IMG/VR virus record: IMGVR_UViG_3300010002_000010
Span: 27,949-91,948 of that record
Source of the DNA: a virus
Taxonomy: Duplodnaviria > Heunggongvirae > Uroviricota > Caudoviricetes
Strand: one strand, 5' to 3'
Length of the DNA stretch: 64,000 bases
This document shows positions 53,579 through 62,950 of this stretch, piece by piece. The number at the start of each line of letters is the position of its first letter. The stretch's first letter is position 1. Below the pieces are notes generated by a model. The model made no database searches and was not told the origin of the DNA. It saw only the letters and a list, made by a program, of their open reading frames with translations. The translations under genes and the position numbers were made by a program.

Positions 53579-54541
53579 TTAAAAGTCGAAATCAGGAACC
53601 TCGTCACCAGTTGGTGTTGATGGTTTTTCAACTGTTTTTTCAGGTTTTGTTTCAGTTTTTTCCTCTTTGCTACCAAAACCAGTACTTGGTGTATCAGAAG
53701 CTTCAGCCTTAGACTTAAGCTCAGCACGTTTACGAGCCAATACTTTTTTCATTTCCTCGACTTCTTCATCAGTATAACAAGCAGGTTCTTCGATTGGAGA
53801 ATTACCACCGATCAATTCAAGGTTAGAAACATATTTTGTAATTGCAGAACTTTCAGCAACTTCAGAAGATCCGAATGCGTGAGTTGAGCCAGTATCTTCA
53901 GCAGGTGTTTGAGTAAGATCAACATAGTTATTAATGCGAAGTGTGAACAATGCCATTAATACCCCATCAAATCCACCGTAAACACCTTCGAAAGCTTCGG
54001 CCATTGAATCATCGATCTCAACTTTCTTAAATTCAACGACGTTATTTCCATAAGCGACAGATGAAAGTTTAACTGCTTTTTTACCAGTTGGTTCTTGCTC
54101 AGAATCAAGGATGTCTGTCATACCTTCGTAAATAGCTTCAACTGAAAGTAATGCACGATCCGTTAAATCAGCATCAGCTTCGAGGCGGTTGAAGAATACG
54201 CCTTTAATTTCGTTAAAGCTTCGGAATTTACCATCAGCAGTGTAATATTCGTTGAGGCCCATTTCACCTTGAATGCGAATGCGATCGGCATTTTCACGGC
54301 CATGTTTTTCAATCGATTTGTATTCGTTCATTACAGTTACGATTGATTTGTGCAATTTTGATGTTGCCATTACAAGAACTTTAGCGCGGTGATTATTCAC
54401 TTTACCATCTTGTTTAACTTCAACTTCAACATATCCACCAACATACTCTTTACCAGCACGACTAGTTTTTGTTTCCAATTCGATTGCTTTGATCGTACCA
54501 ACAAGCTCAACATTGTTTTTCAATTGACGTAAGTTTTCCAT
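53579..54541 (-). CDS. single-stranded-DNA-binding-protein-like protein (OB fold with acidic C-terminal tail)
   Basis: N-terminal OB-like VELVGTIKAIELETKTSRAGKEYVGGYVEVEV; C-terminus ...GDEVPDFDF resembles the SSB acidic tip; start at the ATG at 54541. Confidence 0.5.
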   Translation of the reverse strand: MENLRQLKNNVELVGTIKAIELETKTSRAGKEYVGGYVEVEVKQDGKVNNHRAKVLVMATSKLHKSIVTVMNEYKSIEKHGRENADRIRIQGEMGLNEYYTADGKFRSFNEIKGVFFNRLEADADLTDRALLSVEAIYEGMTDILDSEQEPTGKKAVKLSSVAYGNNVVEFKKVEIDDSMAEAFEGVYGGFDGVLMALFTLRINNYVDLTQTPAEDTGSTHAFGSSEVAESSAITKYVSNLELIGGNSPIEEPACYTDEEVEEMKKVLARKRAELKSKAEASDTPSTGFGSKEEKTETKPEKTVEKPSTPTGDEVPDFDF

Positions 54542-54602
54542 TTTAAATAATTCCTCCATAGTGTTATCTGCTTAGCAGATTTATTTGTTTTGTTACTTTT
54601 AT

Positions 54603-54720
54603 ATTATACTTAACTTTTTCATTTAGTAATGAAAATTGTTAAATATTTTTTATAAGAGAGTTTTTTAATTTTCTCTCTTACTGTTATATTATACTTGCAA
54701 AGTAGAATTAGTAAAGATAA
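54603..54720 (-). promoter_or_regulatory. two tandem conserved phage promoters (-10 boxes at 54603-54608 and 54688-54693)
   Basis: gttacttttatattatacttaac and ctgttatattatacttgcaaagtagaattagtaaagataa read directly. Confidence 0.55.
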
Positions 54721-54723
54721 TTT

Positions 54724-55230
54724 TCAATCTTTTTTAATCCACTTTTGAATTTTGATCGGGTAATCATTGCGGTCTAAATCATCAATAAGGGTTTCCTCTA
54801 CCATTTCAAATCCAGATAGATCCATATTAAAATAAGCATCCGCTTTTTCATATGAATGTTGGATCTCGGTGCGCCATAAAATTCGTATTTTACTTTGCAT
54901 TAATTCATAGATCTGCCCACCACCTATCACTATGGCTCCATTTGTTAGCCCCTGGAGCTCATGGTGAAGATTATCCAAGTTTGTGAAGAAAACAGTTCTA
55001 CCGTGTGATACAGAGCGATATGGTGCGAAGTTTTCTCCTCCGCGAGTTAAAACAATGTTTTTTCGATCTTTTAGCGGTACTGCTAACGATTTCAAGGTAT
55101 TTCTACCCATAATGACCGCCTTGCCCTTAGTTTTACTAATAAAGTGTTTCATGTCATCTCTAAAAGAACCGAGCAAATGGTTCTCATATCCAATGGCATT
55201 GTTTTGATCGCAAATAACAATCATTTCCAT
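54724..55230 (-). CDS. folA: dihydrofolate reductase
   Basis: VIMGRNTLKSLAVPLKDRKNIVLTR matches the DHFR core (IMGRKT...PLPGRxNIVLS); RBS aggagg. Confidence 0.8.
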   Translation of the reverse strand: MEMIVICDQNNAIGYENHLLGSFRDDMKHFISKTKGKAVIMGRNTLKSLAVPLKDRKNIVLTRGGENFAPYRSVSHGRTVFFTNLDNLHHELQGLTNGAIVIGGGQIYELMQSKIRILWRTEIQHSYEKADAYFNMDLSGFEMVEETLIDDLDRNDYPIKIQKWIKKD

Positions 55231-55335
55231 TTGAACTTACCTCCTACATATTTACGGCAAGAAAAAGAAGTAGAGCCGCTATAAAAGCCAGCACAAAACG
55301 GTAATCAATCTTTTTTAATAGCTTCTCTACTTTTT

Positions 55336-55674
55336 TCATAATTTAGACTCCGGAATTACAGGTAGACACTTCCGTAATAATTCGGTTTTTTTAATATATT
55401 CTTGTTCAGCCTTACTGTTTTCAGATTGCACGCGGTAACCCTCAAGTTCCCATAATCTGTTCTCCAAGCGTTTTTCCACGATCTCTTTACCAATTTCAAA
55501 ATCAAAATTTGCTGGATCAATACATGCGGATGATTCCATGATCTCAAATCCATTTTCAAGAGTCATATGGCCAACGAGAGTTTTTCCCAATTGAAAATAG
55601 TTAAACTTTGCCGTTGTCATTAAGGTGGTAACATCGGCACTTGTTACTGATTTCTTGGTAACATTTGATTTCAT
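55336..55674 (-). CDS. hypothetical protein (~112 aa)
   Basis: Start at the ATG at 55674 with RBS atggagga. Confidence 0.5.
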   Translation of the reverse strand: MKSNVTKKSVTSADVTTLMTTAKFNYFQLGKTLVGHMTLENGFEIMESSACIDPANFDFEIGKEIVEKRLENRLWELEGYRVQSENSKAEQEYIKKTELLRKCLPVIPESKL

Positions 55675-55688
55675 AATAGTTTCCTCCA

Positions 55689-56051
55689 TTATCCTTCAAA
55701 TTTTTTCGCGGCTTTAAGACTTACCATTGTTTCATTAATACATTCATAATCTATATAAACATTTGCAAGGATCCGACCAAAAGCATCATATTCTGTTGAT
55801 TGAATAACGACCTCTTTGTTTTCGATTAATCCAATTAACAAACTGCGGGCTTCATAAGCTTTTCTCTTTTCTTCGAGATTTTTAGATCGCATCTCTGGTG
55901 CATTGATATGAAGCATTCTTACATGAACATCTTCACGAATCATTTTAAATCCTAGATCTAGTCTTCCGACGAAAGTATCTCCGTCAATAACTCGATCAAC
56001 ATACATCTTATAATAATAAAGGTTATTTTCTTTAAAGTCATTCTGATCCAT
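55689..56051 (-). CDS. thermonuclease (staphylococcal nuclease-like)
   Basis: VIDGDTF...R and INAPE match the SNase catalytic core. Confidence 0.65.
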   Translation of the reverse strand: MDQNDFKENNLYYYKMYVDRVIDGDTFVGRLDLGFKMIREDVHVRMLHINAPEMRSKNLEEKRKAYEARSLLIGLIENKEVVIQSTEYDAFGRILANVYIDYECINETMVSLKAAKKFEG

Positions 56052-56244
56052 TTAAACCCAACGTCTCCCGTTCTACAAAGTCTAATACTTCTTCAGCGAC
56101 ATCTACAATGCTTTGATCGTGAATTAATAAATCAGATTCCGCGATATTATTCATTGCTTCCATCATTACCCAAGTGGAATCTTTTCTTTTCCACTTAGAT
56201 AATGTAGGGGCAACGTCCTTCTCAATTACTTTTTTAATATCCAT
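56038..56244 (-). CDS. hypothetical protein (68 aa)
   Basis: ORF in an operon. Confidence 0.45.
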   Translation of the reverse strand: MDIKKVIEKDVAPTLSKWKRKDSTWVMMEAMNNIAESDLLIHDQSIVDVAEEVLDFVERETLGLNGSE

Positions 56245-56261
56245 TCCTAACTTCCTTTACA

Positions 56262-57635
56262 TTAAAAACGTTGAATTGGCATATCCGCATAATGCTCATC
56301 ATATAAAACAGGTTTTTGAGCGATTTTCCGTTCTTTTACCAATACATCATCATTATTAATTCCGTAATCAATTGCATAAAGAATATCCAATGGATCAATA
56401 ACAACCGTATCGGCATTAATAGGAATAACAATTTCAGGAGCTTTTTCAGCAATGATAATTTTCTTCTGTACTGCTCTTTTATTTTTATAATTAGCAATAC
56501 GTTTTTCTCCGTAAATTACTGATAATTGTAAATCAGATTTATCACTCATTTGAGCATTTTCAAAATTATCAGTTAAAATTTTTTTTTTATCATAGGCTCG
56601 ATCATACTCACCTGTAATAAAATCAAATCCAATTTCATAGCGGAAAGCGTCTTCAATCATATTACCCAAATAAGATTGCGATTGATTATCAATATTATAA
56701 CCGACAGTATATTTTTCTTCATTTTCTTTGACCGCTGGGAAAGTAAACTCTTTATCATTTGCCCAAAGAACTCGCGGATCTTTAGCATCTTTATTACCAA
56801 AAGTATAACCAATCCAAAGTACAGTATCTTTTCGTTGTCGTTGCTCTGATAAAGTTTTTGCAATTTTTCTTTTCCAATAATTATCTTCCTTGAGATTCTC
56901 ACCTGGGAAATCATTGGCATGCAATAATGCGTTTTTATTTTTATAAGCCCATTGAGCCTGGTGTTTTGGTTTTACCTGAACATAAAGCGGAGATAACGGT
57001 AAATTAGGATTATCGTATTCAATTGCAATGTCAACACCCATAAAGACATCTTCGCTAATTGAAGCATATCTCGCGGTAAGAGGTAGATTGCCTTTTGTAA
57101 TCGCATTCCGAATATTTTTTAAGACAACAGCTTCCATTAAGAATGGTTGAAGAATACGGACACCAATACCAATTTCCCATAGCCATTTTCTATCTGATTC
57201 AACAACGATCCCCATAATAAATAAGATCTCTTCTTTATTAAATCCTAAAAGATATTCATCGTTTAATTCATTAACCATTCCTTCGGTAATATCTAAAACG
57301 ATTTGGATTCCTTTGTCGTCAACAAGCTTGGTGATTGACATATTCATAGAAGACGGATCTTTTTTATAATGCTCTCCATCTTTTTCGACAGGATCAATTG
57401 TCGATCGAATATGCTTAATTACATCTGGATGAATGTAATCCAACAAACGCGGTGAGGCAAATGAATAGGCATCAAATAATTCTCGGAAATATTTTTTCAT
57501 ACCATTCTTTGTTCCATCATAATTTGGTGTAAAATCATATTTATTTTCAAAATAATCTTTTACCGCGAAAACATTGTTCGAAGCCATTGCTTCTCGTGCT
57601 CGTTTGTGCAATTCATTTAGGTTATATTTTGTCAT
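56262..57635 (-). CDS. hypothetical protein (457 aa)
   Basis: Large ORF next to thyA; no motif recognised. Confidence 0.55.
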   Translation of the reverse strand: MTKYNLNELHKRAREAMASNNVFAVKDYFENKYDFTPNYDGTKNGMKKYFRELFDAYSFASPRLLDYIHPDVIKHIRSTIDPVEKDGEHYKKDPSSMNMSITKLVDDKGIQIVLDITEGMVNELNDEYLLGFNKEEILFIMGIVVESDRKWLWEIGIGVRILQPFLMEAVVLKNIRNAITKGNLPLTARYASISEDVFMGVDIAIEYDNPNLPLSPLYVQVKPKHQAQWAYKNKNALLHANDFPGENLKEDNYWKRKIAKTLSEQRQRKDTVLWIGYTFGNKDAKDPRVLWANDKEFTFPAVKENEEKYTVGYNIDNQSQSYLGNMIEDAFRYEIGFDFITGEYDRAYDKKKILTDNFENAQMSDKSDLQLSVIYGEKRIANYKNKRAVQKKIIIAEKAPEIVIPINADTVVIDPLDILYAIDYGINNDDVLVKERKIAQKPVLYDEHYADMPIQRF

Positions 57636-57685
57636 CTCTTATTCCTCCAATTAAATTCCGGAGAAATTAATCTCCGGATTATAGT

Positions 57686-58519
57686 TTAAATTGCAATATC
57701 AGGGATTTTTAATACAGGTCGTTCAGCGTAGATCAATTTAAAATCATCTGCCGTCCAAGAATAAAAATCTGTTTTATCGGGGTTAAAGATAAATGCTGGC
57801 TTCGGCAATACTTCTCGCTTAAGCAACTCAAGCGCAATATCTTCATATTTGTTATAGACGTGACAATCTCCAATTGTATGGATCAATCGACCGGGTTTTA
57901 ACCCAGCATGTTGAGCAACCATAATATTTAGGATTGCAAACATTACTACATCAAAATTCCATGCGGTGATAAAGTCTTGAGATCGTTGTTTTACCATTAA
58001 ATCAAGTTTACCATTCTGTACAAAGAATTGAAGATTATGCACACAAGGCGGTAGATTCATTTCTGGTAAATCATTTACATTCCATAGTTCAATCATAATC
58101 CGCCGTGATGTTGGATTATGAACAACTTCATGCAGTACGAAGTCCATTTGATTATCAAATCCAAGAATTGGTTGACCTACTTGATACCCGTAAGTTTTTC
58201 CAATTGATCCGTCTTCATCTGCCCATTCATTCCAAATCTTAGCATTGAGCGTATTGATATTATTATCACGCCGTACATAAGTCCAATCCACTTCTTCAAA
58301 AGCGGTTTTTACAAATGATGGCCGAAGTGTTGTGGCGGGAAACTCAACCGATAGATCATACTCATGTTGAATACCAAAGATTCGTTTAGTCATAACTGGT
58401 GTGCCATCTTTCCATTTAGCACGGTTATCAACTTCCCACTCTTGCTTCATAATTTTACCTAAAATCTCTTTTAAATAGAGATCAGCTGTTGTTCCTTTAA
58501 TAAAACTGCTTGTGTCCAA
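57686..58519 (-). CDS. thyA: thymidylate synthase (ThyA family; a dUMP hydroxymethylase cannot be excluded)
   Basis: PPCVHNLQFFV (catalytic Cys), QRSQD and WNFD (dUMP-specific Asn); co-occurs with DHFR. Confidence 0.75.
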   Translation of the reverse strand: MDTSSFIKGTTADLYLKEILGKIMKQEWEVDNRAKWKDGTPVMTKRIFGIQHEYDLSVEFPATTLRPSFVKTAFEEVDWTYVRRDNNINTLNAKIWNEWADEDGSIGKTYGYQVGQPILGFDNQMDFVLHEVVHNPTSRRIMIELWNVNDLPEMNLPPCVHNLQFFVQNGKLDLMVKQRSQDFITAWNFDVVMFAILNIMVAQHAGLKPGRLIHTIGDCHVYNKYEDIALELLKREVLPKPAFIFNPDKTDFYSWTADDFKLIYAERPVLKIPDIAI

Positions 58520-58550
58520 TTTATTTTCCTCCTTGCTTTCTTACTTTTAT

Positions 58551-58578
58551 ATTATACTTGCCAATTTAAAAATGTAAA
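58551..58578 (-). promoter_or_regulatory. conserved phage promoter TTTACA-N16-TATAATATAAaagtaag for thyA
   Basis: attata at 58551-58556 and tgtaaa at 58573-58578. Confidence 0.65.
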
Positions 58579-58592
58579 GAAAAAGAGAAGAA

Positions 58593-59633
58593 TTAATCTT
58601 CTCTTAAATCATATTTCTCGCCAACTTTAATGATCTTAGATACAATACCATTGACAGTGCTTTCAAATTTCGATTTATCGATCTTCAATTCTTTTTGAAC
58701 TTCCACGTTACTGTATTGACTACGAAGCATCTCCAATACTTCAGCTTCTAATAAGGTAAGATTTGCTTTCTGCACCGTTTTTTGGAAATCAATTAATACT
58801 AAATCAAATTCACTGTTAGGATCATATTTTGGCTTGAAATACATAAGACCTTTAACATTAATTACCGTTTCTTTTCCATCAGGAGCAACAAACGTAAACT
58901 TTTTACCTTTGATATGAGTCTTGTTTGTAAAATCAAATACATCCATGTCTGGTACATTTGATTCTTCCGCGTTAGTTCGGTATGCAAATGTTCCCAGCAA
59001 AGCATCTTTTGAATAAAGCATATCCTGTCGGATCTCACCGCTCGTATTCGTTAGTAAATAGCGGTTAATTTTTGAGTTACCACTTTTTAGCTCTTTTGTT
59101 ACAAAATCTAGTGTATGCTGGTAATTTCGTAAAACTTCACCAACAAAACCCTCACGATCTAAATCACGTTTTGTAACGTGTTGATCTTTTGATTTTTTAA
59201 AGTTTTCTTGGTCTCGGACTAGGAAATGGATAACTTCTTCAAACGATCCTGTTTCACCGCCGAATGCTTCAATCGAAGCCTCACGACCAACCTTTTCTTG
59301 GAAATATCTTTCGTCAGTATGGAATACATATACCGTCTTATCTTTATCGTCTTCTGCTTTGATCTCATCAGAATTTAAAAGATAGTTTGCCATTTTTTCT
59401 AATGTCTTACAAACGTTGTTACTTTCTGAGGTAAAATCTGTTACGTTAATATTTGGTTTAAAATAATCAGCAAAGTATTCCGGGAAGAAATCACTTTCTC
59501 CAAGCAGTTTCTCAACGTGCTCTTTACGATCCACTAATTTTGTTTTAGTATAATCTACTTTTGATGAAATTTCGTGTGCTGTTGTACCATCCAGTTCTCC
59601 TACAAATGTTTGTTGTGTACTAAATTTACCCAT
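58593..59633 (-). CDS. hypothetical protein (346 aa) with a C-terminal HTH-like segment
   Basis: C-terminal LTLLEAEVLEMLRSQYSNVEVQKEL resembles a sigma-region-4/LuxR-type HTH (weak). Confidence 0.5.
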   Translation of the reverse strand: MGKFSTQQTFVGELDGTTAHEISSKVDYTKTKLVDRKEHVEKLLGESDFFPEYFADYFKPNINVTDFTSESNNVCKTLEKMANYLLNSDEIKAEDDKDKTVYVFHTDERYFQEKVGREASIEAFGGETGSFEEVIHFLVRDQENFKKSKDQHVTKRDLDREGFVGEVLRNYQHTLDFVTKELKSGNSKINRYLLTNTSGEIRQDMLYSKDALLGTFAYRTNAEESNVPDMDVFDFTNKTHIKGKKFTFVAPDGKETVINVKGLMYFKPKYDPNSEFDLVLIDFQKTVQKANLTLLEAEVLEMLRSQYSNVEVQKELKIDKSKFESTVNGIVSKIIKVGEKYDLRED

Positions 59634-59713
59634 CTTACTTCTCCTTCTTAATAATAAAATTTATTTTTTTTTTTATTTTTCAGTTCATTAGATTTCTAAT
59701 TACTTACATTTAT

Positions 59714-59745
59714 ATTATACTTATAAAAACAAATATGTAAAGAAA
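59714..59745 (-). promoter_or_regulatory. conserved phage promoter (TTTACA-N-TATAATATAAatg)
   Basis: cattatattatacttataaaaacaaatatgtaaagaaaaagc read directly. Confidence 0.55.
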
Positions 59746-59772
59746 AAGCAAGACCGTAAGGCCTTACTTTTT

Positions 59773-60585
59773 TCACCATTGAACTTGAATTGATCTACGT
59801 CCAAAACTTAATGCGGTATCTACATTCCCCATGTAAATATCGATCCGATTGCCTTTGATGGCCGATCCTGTGTCTTCAGCAATATATTGCCCAGATACTC
59901 CAGGAAAATCAGATTTAATATTTACGACTGTACCCAATGGAATAATGTTAGGATCTACGGCGATTGTTCTTCCAGCAGAAACTTGTGTTCCTGAGGCAGT
60001 TATTCCGCCATATTTCTTACTAGCATTTGGATCACCATTGGCATAAGTGGAATATGCCGAAGCGGAAAATACTTGCCAACCTGAGGTTGCTTCTGGTTTA
60101 GCAGTTTTTACAGTTTTTTCCTTAATAGGTTGCTCCGTTTCTCTAATTACAGGCTTATCTTGGATGTCGGGTTTCTTTGCCTGTACCTTAGGTTTTTCGA
60201 TCGGGATAACCTTTTTAGGTTTCACTTTGGAAACTGTTTTAGCCTGTTCTCTCTGGTTGGCTTTAGCCTTTTTTACGGCACTTAGTTCCTTTTTGAGTTG
60301 ATCGATTTCTCGCAATGCTCGGTTAATCTTTTCCGTATCTTGATCCTTACCATCTTGCATCTCTTTAACTGAGTCCTGGTAATTTACAATACGTTCTTTC
60401 AGGGTGTTGGTCTCATCTTTCAGAACATTTCGTTCTTTACGAATATTCTGATTTTCTTTTTCCATATTTAACATTTCTTTAGTGTGTTCTGTCTGGATCG
60501 TCTCTAACTTAGCTTCATGATACGAACCAACACTAGCCCCGCCAATTAGCAATGCTAATAGACTAGCAATGATGGTTTTTTTCAT
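59773..60585 (-). CDS. secreted 3D-domain protein (YuiC/YabE-like, MltA-type fold), coiled-coil N-terminal half
   Basis: Signal peptide; C-terminal ASAYS...ASG...GRTIAVDPNIIPLGT...AEDTGSAIKGNRIDIY is the 3D-domain pattern. Confidence 0.6.
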   Translation of the reverse strand: MKKTIIASLLALLIGGASVGSYHEAKLETIQTEHTKEMLNMEKENQNIRKERNVLKDETNTLKERIVNYQDSVKEMQDGKDQDTEKINRALREIDQLKKELSAVKKAKANQREQAKTVSKVKPKKVIPIEKPKVQAKKPDIQDKPVIRETEQPIKEKTVKTAKPEATSGWQVFSASAYSTYANGDPNASKKYGGITASGTQVSAGRTIAVDPNIIPLGTVVNIKSDFPGVSGQYIAEDTGSAIKGNRIDIYMGNVDTALSFGRRSIQVQW

Positions 60586-60647
60586 TACTATACACTTCCC
60601 TTTATATTATTATCCCGATAATTTCTTACCGGGATTTATTATTTATA

Positions 60648-61940
60648 TTAATAGCTTACTTCATCTTTATCAAAGCGAATTGCATTAAATGAAGGTAAGC
60701 GTAATGATTTACGTCCATCTTTATTTTGAGATTCCTCAAAATACTTAACTTCAACGATCTTACCAATTACTTGACTAGGATCTTCCCAGAAAGCCTGTTT
60801 CTCATGTTCTTTTAATCCAGGTACATCAACTGTATTTCCTTTATATTCAACAACGATTGATCCGCAATAATTACCACGAATGCCTTCTTTAATTCCAACA
60901 CAACGGAGATCAGCCGTTTTGAATTGTTTTAAACGTAATAAAGCAGGTGTTCGTTTAGTTTCATAATGACCAGATAAAGGATTAAGCATGATTCCTTCTT
61001 TTCCTTCATTAATGATGTCAATCCAAACAGTTTCAATTTCTTCTACCTTATCACTTAATAGCAATACAGGTGTCACTGTTAAAGCATCACATGGCCAAAG
61101 ATCCATTTGAATAGTATCTAAAAATTTACGTCGTTCTTCATAATTTTCTTTTGATTTACCAGCATAAAACTCATCAACCGGAACGGAATCAAAAATAACC
61201 AATTGGAGATCATTTTTTAATGGATCGTCATCACGGCGAACAACGCCAGATGTTTTGCGGAACAATTCAGGAATAGTTAGATCCTCTTCTGTTTTTAGTA
61301 AGATCTCGCCATCATAAATACGGTTATCTGGTAAGATTTTAATTGCTTCATTAAGCATTTTATCCATTCCAGCAACTTCTTTTCCTGATCGAAGTAAGAT
61401 CTTTGCACGGCCGTTTTCAATGAATAAAGTACCGCGGACACCATCGATTTTTTCGGTAATGGCACACAATTCTTTAATTTTTGTTTTACCTGGTTCATAG
61501 TTCTTAGCCTTTTGAACGTCATGTGAGTAAATAAATTTATTACCATAAACTTTGTTCAATGTTGATTTGCTAATTCCAATTGGAAGATCTTTTGTAAGGA
61601 TTGATAAAGCAGTATCATACTCTTCTTGGGTATCAAGCTCTGCCAAAAATCGTTGGACCGTTAGCAAAGTACGATGGGATCCAGTATTATTTACATAGAC
61701 ATGATCCATTACTCCAAAGATACTATAGAAGCCGCGAATAGATTCAACACCTTCAAACGAGATCTTTTTGTTTAATCCTTTTTTAGTCAATCCAGTTGTA
61801 AATCCTTTGTCAAAGACAAATTTCATTACGGTACGGAATTGATCGTTATCTTTATATTGCAAGAGGATTTGTTTCTTTTGGCTCGCGGTAGTCGCGGCTT
61901 TAAGCTTTTCAAATACAATTGCAAGTTGTTGTAGGTTCAT
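60648..61940 (-). CDS. lig: ATP-dependent DNA ligase
   Basis: Adenylation motif I KIDGVRG; motifs EGIML and LRLPSFNAIRFDKD; RBS atggagga. Confidence 0.85.
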   Translation of the reverse strand: MNLQQLAIVFEKLKAATTASQKKQILLQYKDNDQFRTVMKFVFDKGFTTGLTKKGLNKKISFEGVESIRGFYSIFGVMDHVYVNNTGSHRTLLTVQRFLAELDTQEEYDTALSILTKDLPIGISKSTLNKVYGNKFIYSHDVQKAKNYEPGKTKIKELCAITEKIDGVRGTLFIENGRAKILLRSGKEVAGMDKMLNEAIKILPDNRIYDGEILLKTEEDLTIPELFRKTSGVVRRDDDPLKNDLQLVIFDSVPVDEFYAGKSKENYEERRKFLDTIQMDLWPCDALTVTPVLLLSDKVEEIETVWIDIINEGKEGIMLNPLSGHYETKRTPALLRLKQFKTADLRCVGIKEGIRGNYCGSIVVEYKGNTVDVPGLKEHEKQAFWEDPSQVIGKIVEVKYFEESQNKDGRKSLRLPSFNAIRFDKDEVSY

Positions 61941-61963
61941 TTTGTTTCCTCCATTTGTTTAGA

Positions 61964-62122
61964 TCAGAATTTGTTAAAGAAGACGCTTGCGATAAAAAGT
62001 ACAACCATATCAATTGCTACTCCAATAATCAACGGTGAAAATACTAACCACCATGGCCAATCAATGATTGCCATTAGTTTCAATGTGACAAAAACAACTG
62101 TTAAGACTCCAAAAAGTGTCAT
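61964..62122 (-). CDS. small two-TM membrane protein (52 aa); not in the ORF track
   Basis: Strong RBS aaaggag with 8-nt spacing; MTLFGVLTVVFVTLKLMAIIDWPWWLVFSPLIIGVAIDMVVLF...; preferred over the overlapping plus-strand ORF 61971-62198. Confidence 0.45.
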   Translation of the reverse strand: MTLFGVLTVVFVTLKLMAIIDWPWWLVFSPLIIGVAIDMVVLFIASVFFNKF

Positions 62123-62158
62123 AAATCATTCTCCTTTCTTACTTGTTCTTACTGTTAC

Positions 62159-62190
62159 ATTATACTTGCTTATTCAGAAAAGTAAAAGAA
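62159..62190 (-). promoter_or_regulatory. conserved phage promoter (TTTACT-N16-TATAATgtaacagtaag)
   Basis: cttactgttacattatacttgcttattcagaaaagtaaaagaaa read directly. Confidence 0.55.
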
Positions 62191-62216
62191 AAACCTAATA
62201 TTTTAATAATATTAGG

Positions 62217-62639
62217 TCAATCTTCTTGAATACGATCCATTAGATCCTTGGCAATTTCATAGCATTGAGCATCAAAAAATTCATCACCAATATTGTTTTT
62301 ATTTTTAGCAGTCAATACCCACTTAACCATAAGATAGGTTAATAGTTGCGGGTGAACTCGATTGGTGTAAATATAAATGGTGTTTGAATTTTGTGAGTAT
62401 AATCCTCCACCCGTTTTAAATTCATTAAGGATCGATTTCTTATGAATGAAAGAAGCCGGATCAATATTAAACTCTTTACCGATATACTCAAACCACTGTT
62501 CGATCTTATTTTTAGTATAATAATTTGAAACGTTTTTCTTAAAAACTACCAGTGAGTAAAGGGTTTTCATTTCTGGAAGTAATTTGTAAAAAGCATTTTC
62601 ATCGCTAGGATTAGCGGGTGCAATAACAAGAGTAGACAT
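62217..62639 (-). CDS. hypothetical protein (140 aa)
   Basis: ORF with a promoter upstream. Confidence 0.55.
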   Translation of the reverse strand: MSTLVIAPANPSDENAFYKLLPEMKTLYSLVVFKKNVSNYYTKNKIEQWFEYIGKEFNIDPASFIHKKSILNEFKTGGGLYSQNSNTIYIYTNRVHPQLLTYLMVKWVLTAKNKNNIGDEFFDAQCYEIAKDLMDRIQED

Positions 62640-62662
62640 TTTTAGCCTCCATATTCTGTGCC

Positions 62663-62950
62663 TTAAGCACGTAAACGTTCGCGACGGGCAATTTGACGAT
62701 CAATACTATCACGGGTATGCTTCATGATGGTAACCAATACCCAATTCTTACCTTTTTTATGGAAAACTAGTTCCTGTGAATATCGGGTATAAACATGACG
62801 GGTATGAGCATTTACATTGACAATTTTTTTAATTTTTGAAAAATGTAGATCCTGTTTAATCCGGCTTTTGATTGCCGATTCCGATAGGTTTTGAACTCGT
62901 TCTTTATACCGTTCAATAAAATGTGGGCCAATTACAAAGTGTTCAAACAT
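62663..62950 (-). CDS. hypothetical protein (~95 aa)
   Basis: Start at the ATG at 62950 with RBS aggaggt; 8-nt overlap with the upstream gene. Confidence 0.5.
   Translation of the reverse strand: MFEHFVIGPHFIERYKERVQNLSESAIKSRIKQDLHFSKIKKIVNVNAHTRHVYTRYSQELVFHKKGKNWVLVTIMKHTRDSIDRQIARRERLRA

Noticed and set aside
55244-55339. 31-aa micro-ORF (MKKVEKLLKKIDYRFVLAFIAALLLFLAVNM) between 55336-55674 and folA
   Set aside because: It is too short to call without conservation data, although it has a GGAG at 9 nt and an ATGA overlap. It is noted only as a possibility.
57686-58519. dUMP hydroxymethylase rather than thymidylate synthase
   Set aside because: DHFR is encoded nearby and the dUMP-specific Asn is present, with no HMU-kinase seen. 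The possibility cannot be excluded from sequence alone, so it is kept as a caveat.
61971-62198. Plus-strand 75-aa ORF
   Set aside because: It starts at a TTG without an RBS and overlaps a minus-strand consensus promoter. The overlapping minus-strand ORF 61964-62122 has a strong RBS and fits the operon.
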